Source: Actinomycetota bacterium
GTDB lineage: Bacteria > Actinomycetota > Actinomycetes > Nanopelagicales > Nanopelagicaceae
Length of the DNA: 54,553 nucleotides
Reading direction: 5' to 3'
NCBI GenBank assembly: GCA_041163285.1
Contig: JBEARJ010000003.1
Span: 1-54,553 of the forward strand
Shown: positions 8,526-19,112 of the stretch, one piece after another
How the letters are laid out: the number at the start of each line of letters is the position of its first letter
Numbering within the stretch: position 1 is the stretch's first letter
Translations under genes and position numbers: made by a program
Notes under the pieces: model-generated
Told to the model about the DNA's origin: nothing
Seen by the model: only the letters and a program-made list of their open reading frames with translations
Database searches by the model: none

Positions 8526-9151
8526 AATACCGGCTCGTCTTATCGGATGTGGACTCAACCCTCATAGATCAAGAGGTGATTGATTTACTTGGACGGATGG
8601 CAGGAAAAGAGAAGGAAATCTCTGAAATTACATCTCGTGCTATGGCTGGGGAGCTTGATTTTTGTGATGCGCTGCGAAGTCGAGTATCCCTTCTTGATGG
8701 ATTACCCGCTTCAGTCCTTGAAGAAGTAACTGACTCAATTACTCTCTCACCTGGTGCGCTTGAGCTAAAAATGTTCTGCAGGACGAACGGAATTTTTTTT
8801 GGCGCAGTCAGTGGCGGTTTTATCCAAATCTTGAGGAATATGACGTTTTTCGAGGATCTTGACTATTTAGAGGCTAATTTCCTCGAGGTAATTGATAACC
8901 GATTAACTGGAAAGGTTTCCGGGCCCATCATTGATCGTAAAGCCAAGGCTGATCATCTTGAGCGATTCGCCGATTCACTAAATATCAGGCTTGAAGACAC
9001 GATCGCAATCGGCGATGGAGCAAATGATCTATCCATGATTCAATCGGCAGGCCTTGGGGTTGCCTTCAGAGGAAAAGAAATCCTTCGCAATGCAGCAACA
9101 CTCTCAATAGAAAAGAGCCTTAGTGAATTAATAGAGTTTCTCGAACGTTAG
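8522..9151 (+). CDS. serB: phosphoserine phosphatase (HAD catalytic domain only)
   Basis: DVDSTLI, SGGF and GDGANDL HAD motifs. The start is TTG. Confidence 0.85.
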   Translation: MKYRLVLSDVDSTLIDQEVIDLLGRMAGKEKEISEITSRAMAGELDFCDALRSRVSLLDGLPASVLEEVTDSITLSPGALELKMFCRTNGIFFGAVSGGFIQILRNMTFFEDLDYLEANFLEVIDNRLTGKVSGPIIDRKAKADHLERFADSLNIRLEDTIAIGDGANDLSMIQSAGLGVAFRGKEILRNAATLSIEKSLSELIEFLER

Positions 9152-10005
9152 AGGCGACAAGAATGTATATCGGTGACGAGAATTCCTCGAGCGCCAACAT
9201 CCCAAAGCTTGTCCATCACCGAATGAACATCGCTGCGTGGAACCATGGCACGCACTGCCACCCAGTTATCCTTAGCTAAGGGAGATATGGTCGGCGATTC
9301 GAGACCTGGCGTAATTTTGCATGCTGCCTCTAGTTTGCTCTTTTCAATATCGTAATCAACCAAGACATACTGTCGCGCAATTACGACACCTGAAACTCGT
9401 CTAATTAGAATTTCAGCTGGACCGTTTACGAAATTGGGTCGCGAAATTAGTAGCGCCTCACTTTTCAAGATCGGGTCTCCAAAAACGCTTAAGCCCGCCT
9501 GCTTCAAAGTGTTGCCCGTCGCAACCACATCAACGACTATGTCAGCGACCCCCAATTTAATAGCGCCTTCGACAGCGCCGTCTAACTCAACTATCTCAGC
9601 GGTAATTCCGGTCTTTGCTAAGTAATCTTTCACAAGACCTGGATAGGAGGTTGCGATTCGTTTGCCACTGATGCGTGATAAATCTATCTCACCACTTTCT
9701 ATCGCAGCCGTCGATGCCGCCAATCGGAATTCACTCCGACCGAAATTCAACTCGAGCTTTTCATCGGCACCTTTGCCGCTATCTAGAAGTAGATCCCTAC
9801 CAGTTACCCCCAAGTCAATTTTGCTCGACGCAACATATGTGGCTATATCTCTGGGGCGAAGGTAGAAGAACTCAACATCGTTAATGGAGTCATAAAACGA
9901 GAGCTCTTTAGAGTCGATTCGTAATCTATAGCCGGCCTCACGAAAGATTTCTGTCGCATCAGAGGCTAGGGCTCCTTTATTTGGCAGAGCAACAGATAGA
10001 GTCAC
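9148..10005 (-). CDS. hisG: ATP phosphoribosyltransferase, long form
   Basis: 285 aa with catalytic and C-terminal regulatory domains, adjacent to hisE. Confidence 0.9.
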   Translation of the reverse strand: MTLSVALPNKGALASDATEIFREAGYRLRIDSKELSFYDSINDVEFFYLRPRDIATYVASSKIDLGVTGRDLLLDSGKGADEKLELNFGRSEFRLAASTAAIESGEIDLSRISGKRIATSYPGLVKDYLAKTGITAEIVELDGAVEGAIKLGVADIVVDVVATGNTLKQAGLSVFGDPILKSEALLISRPNFVNGPAEILIRRVSGVVIARQYVLVDYDIEKSKLEAACKITPGLESPTISPLAKDNWVAVRAMVPRSDVHSVMDKLWDVGARGILVTDIHSCRL

Positions 10006-10269
10006 CTACAACCTCCGATAAACATCTTCTAGGTCAATTTTCTTTTGAATCATCAGCACTTGAATCCAGTAAAGCAATTGAGAAATTTCTGTGGCTAGCT
10101 CATCGTTGCCCTGGGATTCAGCAGCCAGCATCACTTCACCGGCTTCTTCCAATATCTTCTTTGCTATCGCGTGGGTACCAGATGATACGGCAGCCAGAGT
10201 TGTTGAGTTAGGGACCTGCTCATTTACCTTCTCGACTAATTCAACCCACAAATCATCGAAACTTTTCAA
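10006..10269 (-). CDS. hisE: phosphoribosyl-ATP pyrophosphatase
   Basis: 87-aa MazG-like helical protein (LEEAGEV..., YWIQVLM) immediately upstream of hisG. Confidence 0.85.
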   Translation of the reverse strand: MKSFDDLWVELVEKVNEQVPNSTTLAAVSSGTHAIAKKILEEAGEVMLAAESQGNDELATEISQLLYWIQVLMIQKKIDLEDVYRRL

Positions 10270-10316
10270 AATCGGCTCCGATCGTTTAGATTGTCATTGA
10301 ACTTCAAAGGCTCAGT

Positions 10317-10979
10317 TTACTTTACCGAGTTAGCTACGCGTCGAAGATTTTCTACTACCTGCGCAGGATCATCAGACTTAAAAACCGCTGAACCGGCAAC
10401 AAATGCATCAGCGCCAGCTTTTCGGGCAATCTCGATAGTTTCTAGATTAATCCCGCCATCTACCTGAAGCCAAACATCCCCCAGCCCGTTCTGATTCAAC
10501 CAGAGTCGGGCTTTTTCAACTTTGGGCATCATGTCGACCATAAATTTCTGCCCTCCAAAACCTGGTTCAACGGTCATAACAAGGATCATGTCCAAAAAAG
10601 GTAAGAGCTCTAAAACAGCTTCGACTGGAGTGCCCGGCTTAATAGCAATTGCTGCTCGTTTGCCTTTTGAACGCAAATCCTTCAAAACTTTAATGGGATC
10701 AGCGCACGCCTCATAATGCACAGTAATACTTACCGCCTCAGTATCGGCGTAGGGCAAGGCATTCTTGTCAGCGTCTGCGATCATGAGATGAACGTCTACT
10801 GGTATTACGGAATCTCGAATTATTTCACGTGATTTATCAAGATCGAAAGTAAAATTTGGAACGAATACATTATCCATCACATCTAGATGCAAGAGATCAC
10901 TAAATTCCGCGATTCGCCCGATTTCTCTCGGCAATTCATCGAAATTTGCATTGAGAATACTTGGACAAATTCGAATCAC
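10317..10979 (-). CDS. rpe: ribulose-phosphate 3-epimerase
   Basis: PSILNANF, HLDVMD and MTVEPGFGGQKF motifs. Confidence 0.9.
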   Translation of the reverse strand: MIRICPSILNANFDELPREIGRIAEFSDLLHLDVMDNVFVPNFTFDLDKSREIIRDSVIPVDVHLMIADADKNALPYADTEAVSITVHYEACADPIKVLKDLRSKGKRAAIAIKPGTPVEAVLELLPFLDMILVMTVEPGFGGQKFMVDMMPKVEKARLWLNQNGLGDVWLQVDGGINLETIEIARKAGADAFVAGSAVFKSDDPAQVVENLRRVANSVK

Positions 10980-10988
10980 AACACAATC

Positions 10989-12308
10989 CTACTCTTCAAT
11001 CATTTGTAAAAGTGAAAGAAACATACAATCGGTTCCATCTTTATAAGTCCAGAGTTGGAGGTCTCCATCTTTATCCGCTCTGTCTCCAACAGATACACGT
11101 TTGAAGTTCTTATGCGTTCTCAGGAAATCGCTAATCTGTAACTTGGTTTCAGCAAGATGTGGGCTACATGTCGCATAACCGATAATGCCCTTTGAGTTCA
11201 GATGCAAGGCCGCTTCATTTAGGAGCTCACGCTGAAGTTGAATCAAAGTTCTCACGCTTTTTGGATCTCGACGCCACCGAACCTCAGGCCTTCGTCGAAG
11301 CGCACCTAGACCAGTGCATGGTGCATCGATCAAGATTCGGTCAAAATTACCGAGCGTCTCTGGGAAATCTCGACCATCGAAAGATTCAATCTTTGAGCTG
11401 CGTATAACCTGAGTTAATAATTCTTTTCGTGCCGAAGCCGGTTCGTTAACTACCAATTCATCTCCGGAGAGCAATGACTCTAGATAAGCGGCTTTGCCGC
11501 CCGGACCAGCACATAGGTCCAACCAACGCAATTTCGCAGTAGCCGTCTCTTTTGTACTATGAAAAATCTCCACGATTAATTGCGAACCGAGATCTTGAAC
11601 GCCAGCTCTTCGCTCTCGTATAGCGGGGATATCACCCGGGTTACCTTTAAAGCTAAAGGCATTCATGGACTCTGGAATCAATTCTCCACCAGCCGCTATT
11701 AGCTCTTGGTGGGTAGAGCGCCCAGGCCAAGCCGCAAGTGTAGGCAGGGCAATTTCATTATCAGCAATAAGTTGCGCCTCGACCTTTGCATCTTCCTTGA
11801 GTGCATCTCGAAAGGCATTGATTATCCAATTCGGATGTGAATATTTCTCCTGCCATTGTGAAGGATGAAATTCTAAGTTTTCCGATATCCGTCTCATGAT
11901 GGCATTCACAAAACTCGCAGCACTTTTTCCAGCCACAGCCTTGGCTAAGTCAACAATTTCATTGACTGCCGCATGCGGCGGCGTCTTTAAGATTAGCAAC
12001 TGGTAAGCGCCTAACCGTAACGCCGTCAGGGTTTTGAGATCAACCTGATCCAATCCCCTATCAAGATGACGCTTAATAGCCGCGTCTAAGAAACCCTTCA
12101 TACGCAACGTGCCATAAACAAGATTGGTCACTAAGGCTTTATCCCTTTGCTCAAAATTCGAATTTGTAAGTGCCCTTGGAACAATCAAATTACTGTAGAG
12201 CTCAAGAGTTTCAACTTCAAATAGCAACTCCCAAGCAAGCTGGCGAGGAGTCGTTGAGCGAAAAGAATTCTTACTCAAATTTTTCGCCATCTTTAATGCG
12301 CGCGCCAC
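10989..12308 (-). CDS. rsmB: 16S rRNA (cytosine967-C5)-methyltransferase RsmB/Sun
   Basis: NusB-like N-domain plus SAM motifs DLCAGPGGKA, DAPCTGLG and YATCS. The start is ambiguous: GTG 12308 or ATG 12290. Confidence 0.85.
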   Translation of the reverse strand: MARALKMAKNLSKNSFRSTTPRQLAWELLFEVETLELYSNLIVPRALTNSNFEQRDKALVTNLVYGTLRMKGFLDAAIKRHLDRGLDQVDLKTLTALRLGAYQLLILKTPPHAAVNEIVDLAKAVAGKSAASFVNAIMRRISENLEFHPSQWQEKYSHPNWIINAFRDALKEDAKVEAQLIADNEIALPTLAAWPGRSTHQELIAAGGELIPESMNAFSFKGNPGDIPAIRERRAGVQDLGSQLIVEIFHSTKETATAKLRWLDLCAGPGGKAAYLESLLSGDELVVNEPASARKELLTQVIRSSKIESFDGRDFPETLGNFDRILIDAPCTGLGALRRRPEVRWRRDPKSVRTLIQLQRELLNEAALHLNSKGIIGYATCSPHLAETKLQISDFLRTHKNFKRVSVGDRADKDGDLQLWTYKDGTDCMFLSLLQMIEE

Positions 12309-13179
12309 GAACCCAATCTGCGCTAGTTGAAACTTTTTTACCAGATTCTTGGAGTTTTTTTATCTCTAGAAAGCCGCCACTTGAGGCAATCTTCAATGGC
12401 TCTACGGAGAGGACGGTACCTGGTGAGTCATTCTTGGAGTCGTGATCCTGGACACTTGCTTCAAGGATCTTGATGCGATTTCCACGAAATTGGCACCAAG
12501 CTCCAGGAGTCGGTGAAAAGGCCCTGATCTGATTTAAAATATGATACGGACTTTGATGAAAATTAATCCTTAGCTCCTCGGGATTGATTTTCGGAGCAAG
12601 CGAAAAATTACTCTCTTGTTTAGTTGGCGAAATTCCCTTTTCAATCATTGCTAAAGCCTTGACTACCGAATTTGCTCCTATCGACGCCAATTTCGTAAGG
12701 GCTGCACCCGAATCCAAATTCGCTATGGAACAAGGCGTTCGAACATAGATCGGTCCCGTATCCATGCCCTCATCTAATGCAAAAACGGTAACACCGGAAT
12801 CATCATCTCCCGCAAGAATCGCTCGTTGAACCGGGGCTGCACCTCTATATCGCGGCAGTAGCGAGAAATGTAGATTGATCCAACCAAAAGAGGGGATTTG
12901 CAACGAGTCAAGTTTCACCAGCATTCCGAAGGAAATCGCAATCACCAATTCGGGTGCCAGCTTGTAAAGTACTTCTTCTAAGTCGCCTTGATTCGATACC
13001 TTAAATATTGGGAATTTGTCAGCAACAGCACTGACAATCTCTTGCGGCCTCTCCTTCTTGCCTCTTCCTGCCGGCCGATCGGCTTTTGTGATTAAGCCCA
13101 AAATTTCATGTTTCGCCTTAAGAATCTCCTCGATAGTGGGAAGAGCTAATTCTGAGGTCGAGGCAACAACGACCTTCAA
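12271..13179 (-). CDS. fmt: methionyl-tRNA formyltransferase
   Basis: HFSLLPRYRGAAPVQ motif. I place the start at TTG 13179, preceded by AAGGGAA and 1 nt after the def stop, rather than at the ORF-track ATG 13233 inside def. Confidence 0.9.
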   Translation of the reverse strand: MKVVVASTSELALPTIEEILKAKHEILGLITKADRPAGRGKKERPQEIVSAVADKFPIFKVSNQGDLEEVLYKLAPELVIAISFGMLVKLDSLQIPSFGWINLHFSLLPRYRGAAPVQRAILAGDDDSGVTVFALDEGMDTGPIYVRTPCSIANLDSGAALTKLASIGANSVVKALAMIEKGISPTKQESNFSLAPKINPEELRINFHQSPYHILNQIRAFSPTPGAWCQFRGNRIKILEASVQDHDSKNDSPGTVLSVEPLKIASSGGFLEIKKLQESGKKVSTSADWVRGARIKDGEKFE

Positions 13180-13180
13180 T

Positions 13181-13741
13181 CTAGATTCCCTTACCGAACG
13201 TCTGATGTGGTGAAATCTTGATCTCAGGAGCATTTCCCGCCGATTCAGCAGATAAGAACCAATCAGAATTTCTAATATCTTTCATGGCTTGCTTGCGTAG
13301 ATCCTGCGGCAGGCGATCAATAAAGAGGACTCCGTTTAGGTGGTCAGTTTCGTGTTGCAACGCCCGGGCTAAAAATGCTGACCCCTCTATAACTATTGGT
13401 TCGCCAAACATATTAAAGCCCTTTGCAACTGCTCGCATCGCTCTTGGTGTTTCATATCGCAACTCTGGGAATGATAAACATCCTTCTTCCCCGTCCTGCA
13501 TTTCTTCACTTAAATCCAGCGATGGGTTTACTAAGTGGCCGATATCTTCATCTACATCCCAGACGAATACTCGAAGAGGTACTCCTATCTGCGGCGCAGC
13601 GAGCCCCGCACCAGGAGCATCAATCATCGTATCGATTAGATCCTTGACCAAGCTACGCAACTCCTTATCAAAGTCAACAACAGGCGCGGCCGGAGTAGTC
13701 AAGACGGGATCGCCAAAGAATCTAATCGGTTGAATAGACAT
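13181..13741 (-). CDS. def: peptide deformylase
   Basis: GAGLAAPQIG, EGCLSFP and QHETDHLNG motifs. Confidence 0.9.
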   Translation of the reverse strand: MSIQPIRFFGDPVLTTPAAPVVDFDKELRSLVKDLIDTMIDAPGAGLAAPQIGVPLRVFVWDVDEDIGHLVNPSLDLSEEMQDGEEGCLSFPELRYETPRAMRAVAKGFNMFGEPIVIEGSAFLARALQHETDHLNGVLFIDRLPQDLRKQAMKDIRNSDWFLSAESAGNAPEIKISPHQTFGKGI

Positions 13742-13769
13742 CTTCGAATTCTACTCGCAAAGCGCCATA

Positions 13770-15539
13770 TCAAATCTCAAAAGGGTCGATACGCATGGAG
13801 ATCAGATCCATACCTTTTGCAGCACGATACCTGGCAAGAGCTGAAATCGTATCTACAACTTCCTGAGACTGCTCTACGGGAACTCTGATGAGAATTTCGG
13901 ATGAATTAACCATTCTCGACACTTCAGTTGAAGGGAATTCCTCTTTCAATTTTTGCTGGAAAGATACTAGATTCGCTCCGGAGAGTCTCAAAAATCGATA
14001 CCAAGGAGGAAGTTTTGCATTCCGCCGCTCTTCCAATATGGCGTTTGAAAGTCTTGCTGCTCCACGCGTATTAAATGATTGAACGATTCGATGTTGATTA
14101 GGTAGTGATAGGTATACCGGTGCCGCCTCAAGTCCACGAGCCACTAAAGAAAACCATTGATTGAGCAATCTTTCTTCGGCACGCAGGCTCGGATAATTAA
14201 GCTGAACCTCTCCATCCAAAAAGACAAGACCAGCGAAGTAGCCATTGGAGGGTTCCATCCCCGGGGTCGCCACTACGATGCCTCGCTCTGGGAGATCGGT
14301 TAGCGGCTTAGTACTAGTGGATAGAAAAATTGGTACTGCAGGAAAGGCTTTTCCTAACTCCTCTTCAATCCTGACCGCACCGCGATTAATGAATAATTTT
14401 TCAGTGCTGAAGCAGTGATCGCAGCGCCACTCCGAGAGAGAATTAGAACAAGCGCTACAGAAAAAATCCCCATCGCGTTTCATTTTCAGCGGGAAGCCAC
14501 AATCGCAGATTGGACGATTTCGGCATCTTTTGCAGATAAAGAATGACGAATAATCCTTACTCGCTGTCTGCACTAGAACGACCCCATCTTCAAGGCCTTC
14601 TCGGATCGTTCGGTGATAAGTTTCGGGTTCGGATGCGATCCGACCGCGTTTTAGGGGGTTAGTCCAAGCGCTTCGTCTCAGTTTTATAAATCCTAACTCG
14701 ACCAATCTAGATAATTCAGGTGTCGGAAATCCTGAGATAAAGGTTATGTTCAAGTTCATGACCTGCGCTCTGAGGAGGGCTATATCCCGTACGTTCCAAT
14801 ATGGGAACTTCTCGCTCCAGTAATGCTCAGATCCTTCGTGAAAAACAACTATGTCACCGAGGTTTGGGACTTGCCAGAAAATTGCAGAGCGTGCACCAAT
14901 GACTATCGCTGACTTAGGAAAGGTATCTGGAAAGCGGGCTCTCCCGAACGCTTTAACAACTTGATTCGGGAAAACTTCAGCTATTTGCTCATGAAGCGAT
15001 TCGGCCTCTCGCTCCGTTGGCACGATGCATAATGTTGAGCCCGATGCGTTTGCCTGCTCCTCCATCAATTCATGGATACTATCTCTAGTTAGATAGCGGA
15101 ATGCGACTTTACTTTTGCCCCTAATTCCCAATCCCAAATCAACCTCGGAAGAATTTATTCTCTTTCTTATAGGCACAAAGCTCAAAACTTTAATGACAGG
15201 TGCACCGTATCTTCTTGCAACCAGTTGAGCTAAGCTCAGAGCGTCTTGAGAGTAAGCATTTTGAGAAATACATTTAAGGATGGGCTTTCTTCGAACTTCA
15301 TCGGCTATACCAACAGCAACTATTACTCCTTCGCGCTCACCATTTTGAAACGGAACCAAAACCCGCGAACCTATTCCTACTTCTTCAATTAGATCCTCTG
15401 GGATGCCGTATGAAAATGGCTGATCGAGGTGGGAAAGATCATGATCAATTAGAACCTCAGCAGATTTTGAGTAGTTTCCAGAGCGGATAACCGTTTTGGC
15501 TCGTTCCCGCTTGAGCTTCAGCGGTTTAGCCGACATATA
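13770..15539 (-). CDS. priA: primosomal protein N' (PriA), actinobacterial type
   Basis: Walker-A-like GLGIRGKS and a Cys-rich zinc module CKRCRNRPICDCG...CSACS...CDHC. The start is set at ATG 15539, 1 nt after the metK stop. Confidence 0.8.
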   Translation of the reverse strand, partial: YMSAKPLKLKRERAKTVIRSGNYSKSAEVLIDHDLSHLDQPFSYGIPEDLIEEVGIGSRVLVPFQNGEREGVIVAVGIADEVRRKPILKCISQNAYSQDALSLAQLVARRYGAPVIKVLSFVPIRKRINSSEVDLGLGIRGKSKVAFRYLTRDSIHELMEEQANASGSTLCIVPTEREAESLHEQIAEVFPNQVVKAFGRARFPDTFPKSAIVIGARSAIFWQVPNLGDIVVFHEGSEHYWSEKFPYWNVRDIALLRAQVMNLNITFISGFPTPELSRLVELGFIKLRRSAWTNPLKRGRIASEPETYHRTIREGLEDGVVLVQTASKDYSSFFICKRCRNRPICDCGFPLKMKRDGDFFCSACSNSLSEWRCDHCFSTEKLFINRGAVRIEEELGKAFPAVPIFLSTSTKPLTDLPERGIVVATPGMEPSNGYFAGLVFLDGEVQLNYPSLRAEERLLNQWFSLVARGLEAAPVYLSLPNQHRIVQSFNTRGAARLSNAILEERRNAKLPPWYRFLRLSGANLVSFQQKLKEEFPSTEVSRMVNSSEILIRVPVEQSQEVVDTISALARYRAAKGMDLISMRIDPFEI

Positions 15540-15540
15540 T

Positions 15541-16734
15541 CTAGCCCTTAACGGCTTTGGCCAATGCGGGCGCTTTGTCGACGTTCTCCCAGGTGAAATC
15601 TTTAAGTTCCCGTCCAAAATGACCATATGCACTTGTTTGCCGGTAAATCGGTCGCAGTAAATCCAAATCACGAATGATTGCCGCAGGCCTTAGATCAAAA
15701 ACAGATAAAACTGCATCTGAAATCTGGGAAACTGGTACAGATTCAGTGCCGAAAGTCTCCACGAATAGCCCAACTGGATGAGCTTTTCCGATTGCATAGG
15801 CAACTTGAACTTCACATCTCTCGGCTAATTCGGCAGCAACAACGTTCTTCGCTACCCAGCGCATCGCATAGGCAGCTGAGCGGTCAACCTTTGATGGATC
15901 TTTTCCACTGAATGCACCACCACCATGACGAGCCATACCGCCGTAGGTATCTACAATGATTTTTCGTCCGGTCAAACCGGCATCACCCATCGGTCCACCG
16001 ATAACAAATCGACCAGTTGGGTTTACTAAGGTTCTCATCGAATCGAATGGAATATCAAATGAAGAGAGAACCGGCTTAATTACTGAGTTGATTACCTCCG
16101 GGGTCATCTTCTTCTCAATATCAACTTCTGGGGCGTGTTGGGAGGAAATAACTACGGTATCAACACTAAGAGCCTTATTTCCATCGTATTCAATCGTTAC
16201 TTGAGTTTTGCCATCGGGGCGGAGATATCCTAGAAGTCCACTCTTGCGCACCTCAGTTAACTTCTCAGCCAATCTATGCGCCATCGCAATTGGTAGTGGC
16301 ATCAATTCTTGAGTATCCCTTACCGCATAACCAAACATAAGTCCTTGATCGCCTGCACCTTGGAGATCTAGCGGATCCACGGACTGAGAAAGTCGTTCTT
16401 CTACGGCGTGGTCAACCCCCGCAGCGATATCGCTACTCTGTGAACCAAGTGAAACCGAGACTCCACAACTATTTCCATCGAAACCTTTGTCGGAACTGTC
16501 GTACCCAATCTCTAAAACGGTCTCCCGGACTAGCGACATAACATCTGCATAGCCATTTGTTGTGACCTCGCCGGCAACGTGAACTTGACCAGTTGTGATT
16601 AGTGTTTCGCAGGCCACTCGACTTTTAGGATCCTGCGAGAGCAAGGAATCGAGTACGGAATCTGAAATCGCGTCCGCGATTTTATCTGGATGTCCCTCAG
16701 TTACGCTTTCTGAGGTGAAGAGTCGTTTAGCCAT
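15541..16734 (-). CDS. metK: S-adenosylmethionine synthase
   Basis: [18 protein letters not shown] and [19 protein letters not shown]. The start is at ATG 16734. Confidence 0.95.
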   Translation of the reverse strand: MAKRLFTSESVTEGHPDKIADAISDSVLDSLLSQDPKSRVACETLITTGQVHVAGEVTTNGYADVMSLVRETVLEIGYDSSDKGFDGNSCGVSVSLGSQSSDIAAGVDHAVEERLSQSVDPLDLQGAGDQGLMFGYAVRDTQELMPLPIAMAHRLAEKLTEVRKSGLLGYLRPDGKTQVTIEYDGNKALSVDTVVISSQHAPEVDIEKKMTPEVINSVIKPVLSSFDIPFDSMRTLVNPTGRFVIGGPMGDAGLTGRKIIVDTYGGMARHGGGAFSGKDPSKVDRSAAYAMRWVAKNVVAAELAERCEVQVAYAIGKAHPVGLFVETFGTESVPVSQISDAVLSVFDLRPAAIIRDLDLLRPIYRQTSAYGHFGRELKDFTWENVDKAPALAKAVKG

Positions 16735-17935
16735 TACTTCCTCCCAGTTCACGGGCAACTTCTGAAACTATCTTTCTCCCGACCTCATATTTGTCGGTGC
16801 CAGCAAATTGCCATTCTTCGCCCCTCTTCGAAAGAAGCGTCCCCGAGGTCTTTTCTTCTCCGAATACCCGACCCTGACTAACATCTGTAACATAAAGTAA
16901 ATCAACGCCCTTGGCATGTAACTTCTTCAATCCCTTATCGCGAATGGACTTCCCCGTCTCGGCAGCAAATCCAACGAAGACTTGGTTTCCACGTTTTAAT
17001 TCGCTAAGACCGGCCAAAATATCGGGATTTTTCTCCAGAGTTATAGACGCCAACTCTGATTTAGTTATCTTCTCATCTGCTGGCCGACTCGGACGCGCAT
17101 CGGCCACCGCGGCAGCCATTACCAAGACATCTGCAGAATCAATTTCAGACCTAACGGCATCGTTCATTTCAATAGCAGTGGTGACATTTATCCGATTCAC
17201 ACCCTCGAGCTCATAATCTTCAGTGATCCCACTAATAACAGTAACTTCTGCACCAGCCCGAAGCGCTTCATAAGCAATGGCAAGGCCTTGGCGGCCACTG
17301 GACTTATTACCAATGAAACGAACTGGATCGATAGCTTCAGCTGTTCCCCCGGCCGTTATCAAAACTCGCTTGCCCAAAAGGGGCGAGTCAAGTTTGGTGA
17401 TCCCAGAGACTGCATCAAGAATTTGAGCTGTCTCAGGGAGCCTTCCAATGCCTGAATCTTTACCGGTCAGCCGTCCAGTATCTGGTTCGAGAATAACTAT
17501 TCCTCGCGCTGAGAGCGTTTTGAGATTAGCTTGAGTAGCCAAATTTTGATACATGCCCGGGTGCATGGAAGGAACAAGCAAGATTGGTGCGCTTGTGGCC
17601 AGTACGGTTGTGGTCAATAGATCATCAGCTCGTCCAGAGGCTAACCGAGCGATTAAATCTGCTGTGGCTGGCGCAATAACGACTAAGTCTGCCGATTCGG
17701 CAAGGGCAACATGGGATACCTCTTGGGTGCCCTCCCAAACTTCAGTTCTAACCTGCCTTCCAGACAACGCTTCCCATGTAGCCTTTCCAACAAAATTTAA
17801 ACTTGAGCTGGTCGGAACGACGGTTACGCCATAACCGTGATCTTGCAACCTTCGCAGAAGATCACAGGCTTTGTAGGCGGCAATGCCCGCACCGACGCCG
17901 AGCACAACTTCGCGACCACGTGGGAAAGTGATCAC
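16727..17935 (-). CDS. coaBC: bifunctional phosphopantothenoylcysteine decarboxylase / phosphopantothenate-cysteine ligase
   Basis: 402 aa. N-terminal flavoprotein domain ([11 protein letters not shown]) plus a CoaB domain ([22 protein letters not shown]). Confidence 0.9.
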   Translation of the reverse strand: MITFPRGREVVLGVGAGIAAYKACDLLRRLQDHGYGVTVVPTSSSLNFVGKATWEALSGRQVRTEVWEGTQEVSHVALAESADLVVIAPATADLIARLASGRADDLLTTTVLATSAPILLVPSMHPGMYQNLATQANLKTLSARGIVILEPDTGRLTGKDSGIGRLPETAQILDAVSGITKLDSPLLGKRVLITAGGTAEAIDPVRFIGNKSSGRQGLAIAYEALRAGAEVTVISGITEDYELEGVNRINVTTAIEMNDAVRSEIDSADVLVMAAAVADARPSRPADEKITKSELASITLEKNPDILAGLSELKRGNQVFVGFAAETGKSIRDKGLKKLHAKGVDLLYVTDVSQGRVFGEEKTSGTLLSKRGEEWQFAGTDKYEVGRKIVSEVARELGGSNG

Positions 17936-18199
17936 TTACTTCTCCGCTTGTGGCTCTAGATTCTCGATCGTAAGAAGATTCTCGTTAATTTCGCGAAGTG
18001 CGATAGAAAGTGGCTTTTCGTGAACATGGGTTTCTACTAAAGGCCCTACGTACTCCAGCAAACCTTCACCCAACTGTGAGTAGTAAGCGTTAATTTGGCG
18101 AGCACGCTTTGCGGCGTAAAGAACCAAGCTGTACTTGGAACCGCTCTTATCTAGTAGATCATCGATTGGTGGATTTGTGATTCCATCTAGATTTGGCAC
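17936..18199 (-). CDS. rpoZ: DNA-directed RNA polymerase subunit omega
   Basis: 87 aa. [20 protein letters not shown]. Confidence 0.85.
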   Translation of the reverse strand: MPNLDGITNPPIDDLLDKSGSKYSLVLYAAKRARQINAYYSQLGEGLLEYVGPLVETHVHEKPLSIALREINENLLTIENLEPQAEK

Positions 18200-18219
18200 T
18201 ATGACTCCTCGCCGGCTGA

Positions 18220-18780
18220 TTAATCTGAATCTCTCTTACGAGCCGCTAAGGATACCAGCGCCGCAACGACCTCATCGACTTGGTGATTGACAACAATATG
18301 GTCAAACTCATCGGCCGCCGCCAGTTCCTCCCTGGCTAGCTCTAACCGGGCTTGAATCCGCTCCTCAGAATCGGTCCTTCGACCCCTGATTCGCTCTTCG
18401 AGATCTTCAAAAGATGGTGGCTTTAGGAAGATTAATCGCGCATCGGGGCGAGCCCGTCTAACTTGCCGAGCACCTTCTATTTCTATCTCCAGTAAGACAT
18501 TCATACCGGCATCGAGCGCCTCTACTACCGGGGCAAGAGGTGTTCCATATCGATGTCCCGCAAATTCTGCCCATTCGAGGAACTCCATATTCTCGACCAT
18601 CTTTTGAAAAGTGGCGTCGTCGACAAAATGATAAGACTCGCCATCAATCTCACCGATTCGGGGAGCCCGCGTAGTTGCAGAAACTGAAACATAAAACTCG
18701 GGAAATTTTTTAAGTTCTTTGACGATTGTGCTCTTTCCTACGCCTCCCGGACCTGAGAGAACAAGCAATTCACCGCGCAT
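18220..18780 (-). CDS. gmk: guanylate kinase
   Basis: P-loop [17 protein letters not shown] and GESYHFV. Confidence 0.9.
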   Translation of the reverse strand: MRGELLVLSGPGGVGKSTIVKELKKFPEFYVSVSATTRAPRIGEIDGESYHFVDDATFQKMVENMEFLEWAEFAGHRYGTPLAPVVEALDAGMNVLLEIEIEGARQVRRARPDARLIFLKPPSFEDLEERIRGRRTDSEERIQARLELAREELAAADEFDHIVVNHQVDEVVAALVSLAARKRDSD

Positions 18781-19095
18781 TTAGCGACCTCTCAATTCAA
18801 TTAACAATTTTTCGCGTTGAGCACTGCCCAGGCCTTGAATTCGTCTTGTATGTGAGATTCCAACTCGATCTAAAGTCGCTAGCGCCCTAGTGGTACCAAA
18901 ACCCGGAAGGGCTTCAATCAATTCCTTCACTCGCATTTTTTGAATAGCCACATCAGTACTATCAAGTGCATCCCGCCACTTACGTCTACCCGATTTCACT
19001 TCTTTTTTAAACGTAGCTCTGCGCCTTCGATTCTCCACGGCCTTCTCGAGAGCGGCTCTCCGCTCATCTCTAGAAAGAGCAGGCGGGTTTTGCAT
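18781..19095 (-). CDS. mihF: actinobacterial integration host factor (mIHF/sIHF)
   Basis: 104-aa basic protein, ...LPGFGTTRALATLDRVGISHTRRIQGLG, in the conserved pyrF-mihF-gmk-rpoZ position. Confidence 0.8.
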   Translation of the reverse strand: MQNPPALSRDERRAALEKAVENRRRRATFKKEVKSGRRKWRDALDSTDVAIQKMRVKELIEALPGFGTTRALATLDRVGISHTRRIQGLGSAQREKLLIELRGR

Positions 19096-19112
19096 GGGCT
19101 AATTAAAGCCAT

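Noticed and set aside
8793-8800. A T8 homopolymer inside serB (also A7/T7 runs in secF near 47640 and fmt near 12355) as possible slippage or phase-variation sites.
   Set aside because: The reading frames are intact across all of them and the encoded residues (GIFFGAV and so on) fit the protein families. Short runs like these are expected at this base composition.
15540-15671. ORF-track N-terminal extensions that overlap the upstream gene: priA to 15671, metK to 16758, fmt to 13233 and secD to 49328.
   Set aside because: In each case an internal start sits directly after, or a few nt into, the upstream stop and reproduces the canonical N-terminus (for example [18 protein letters not shown] for MetK). 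The extensions are read-through of the open frame.
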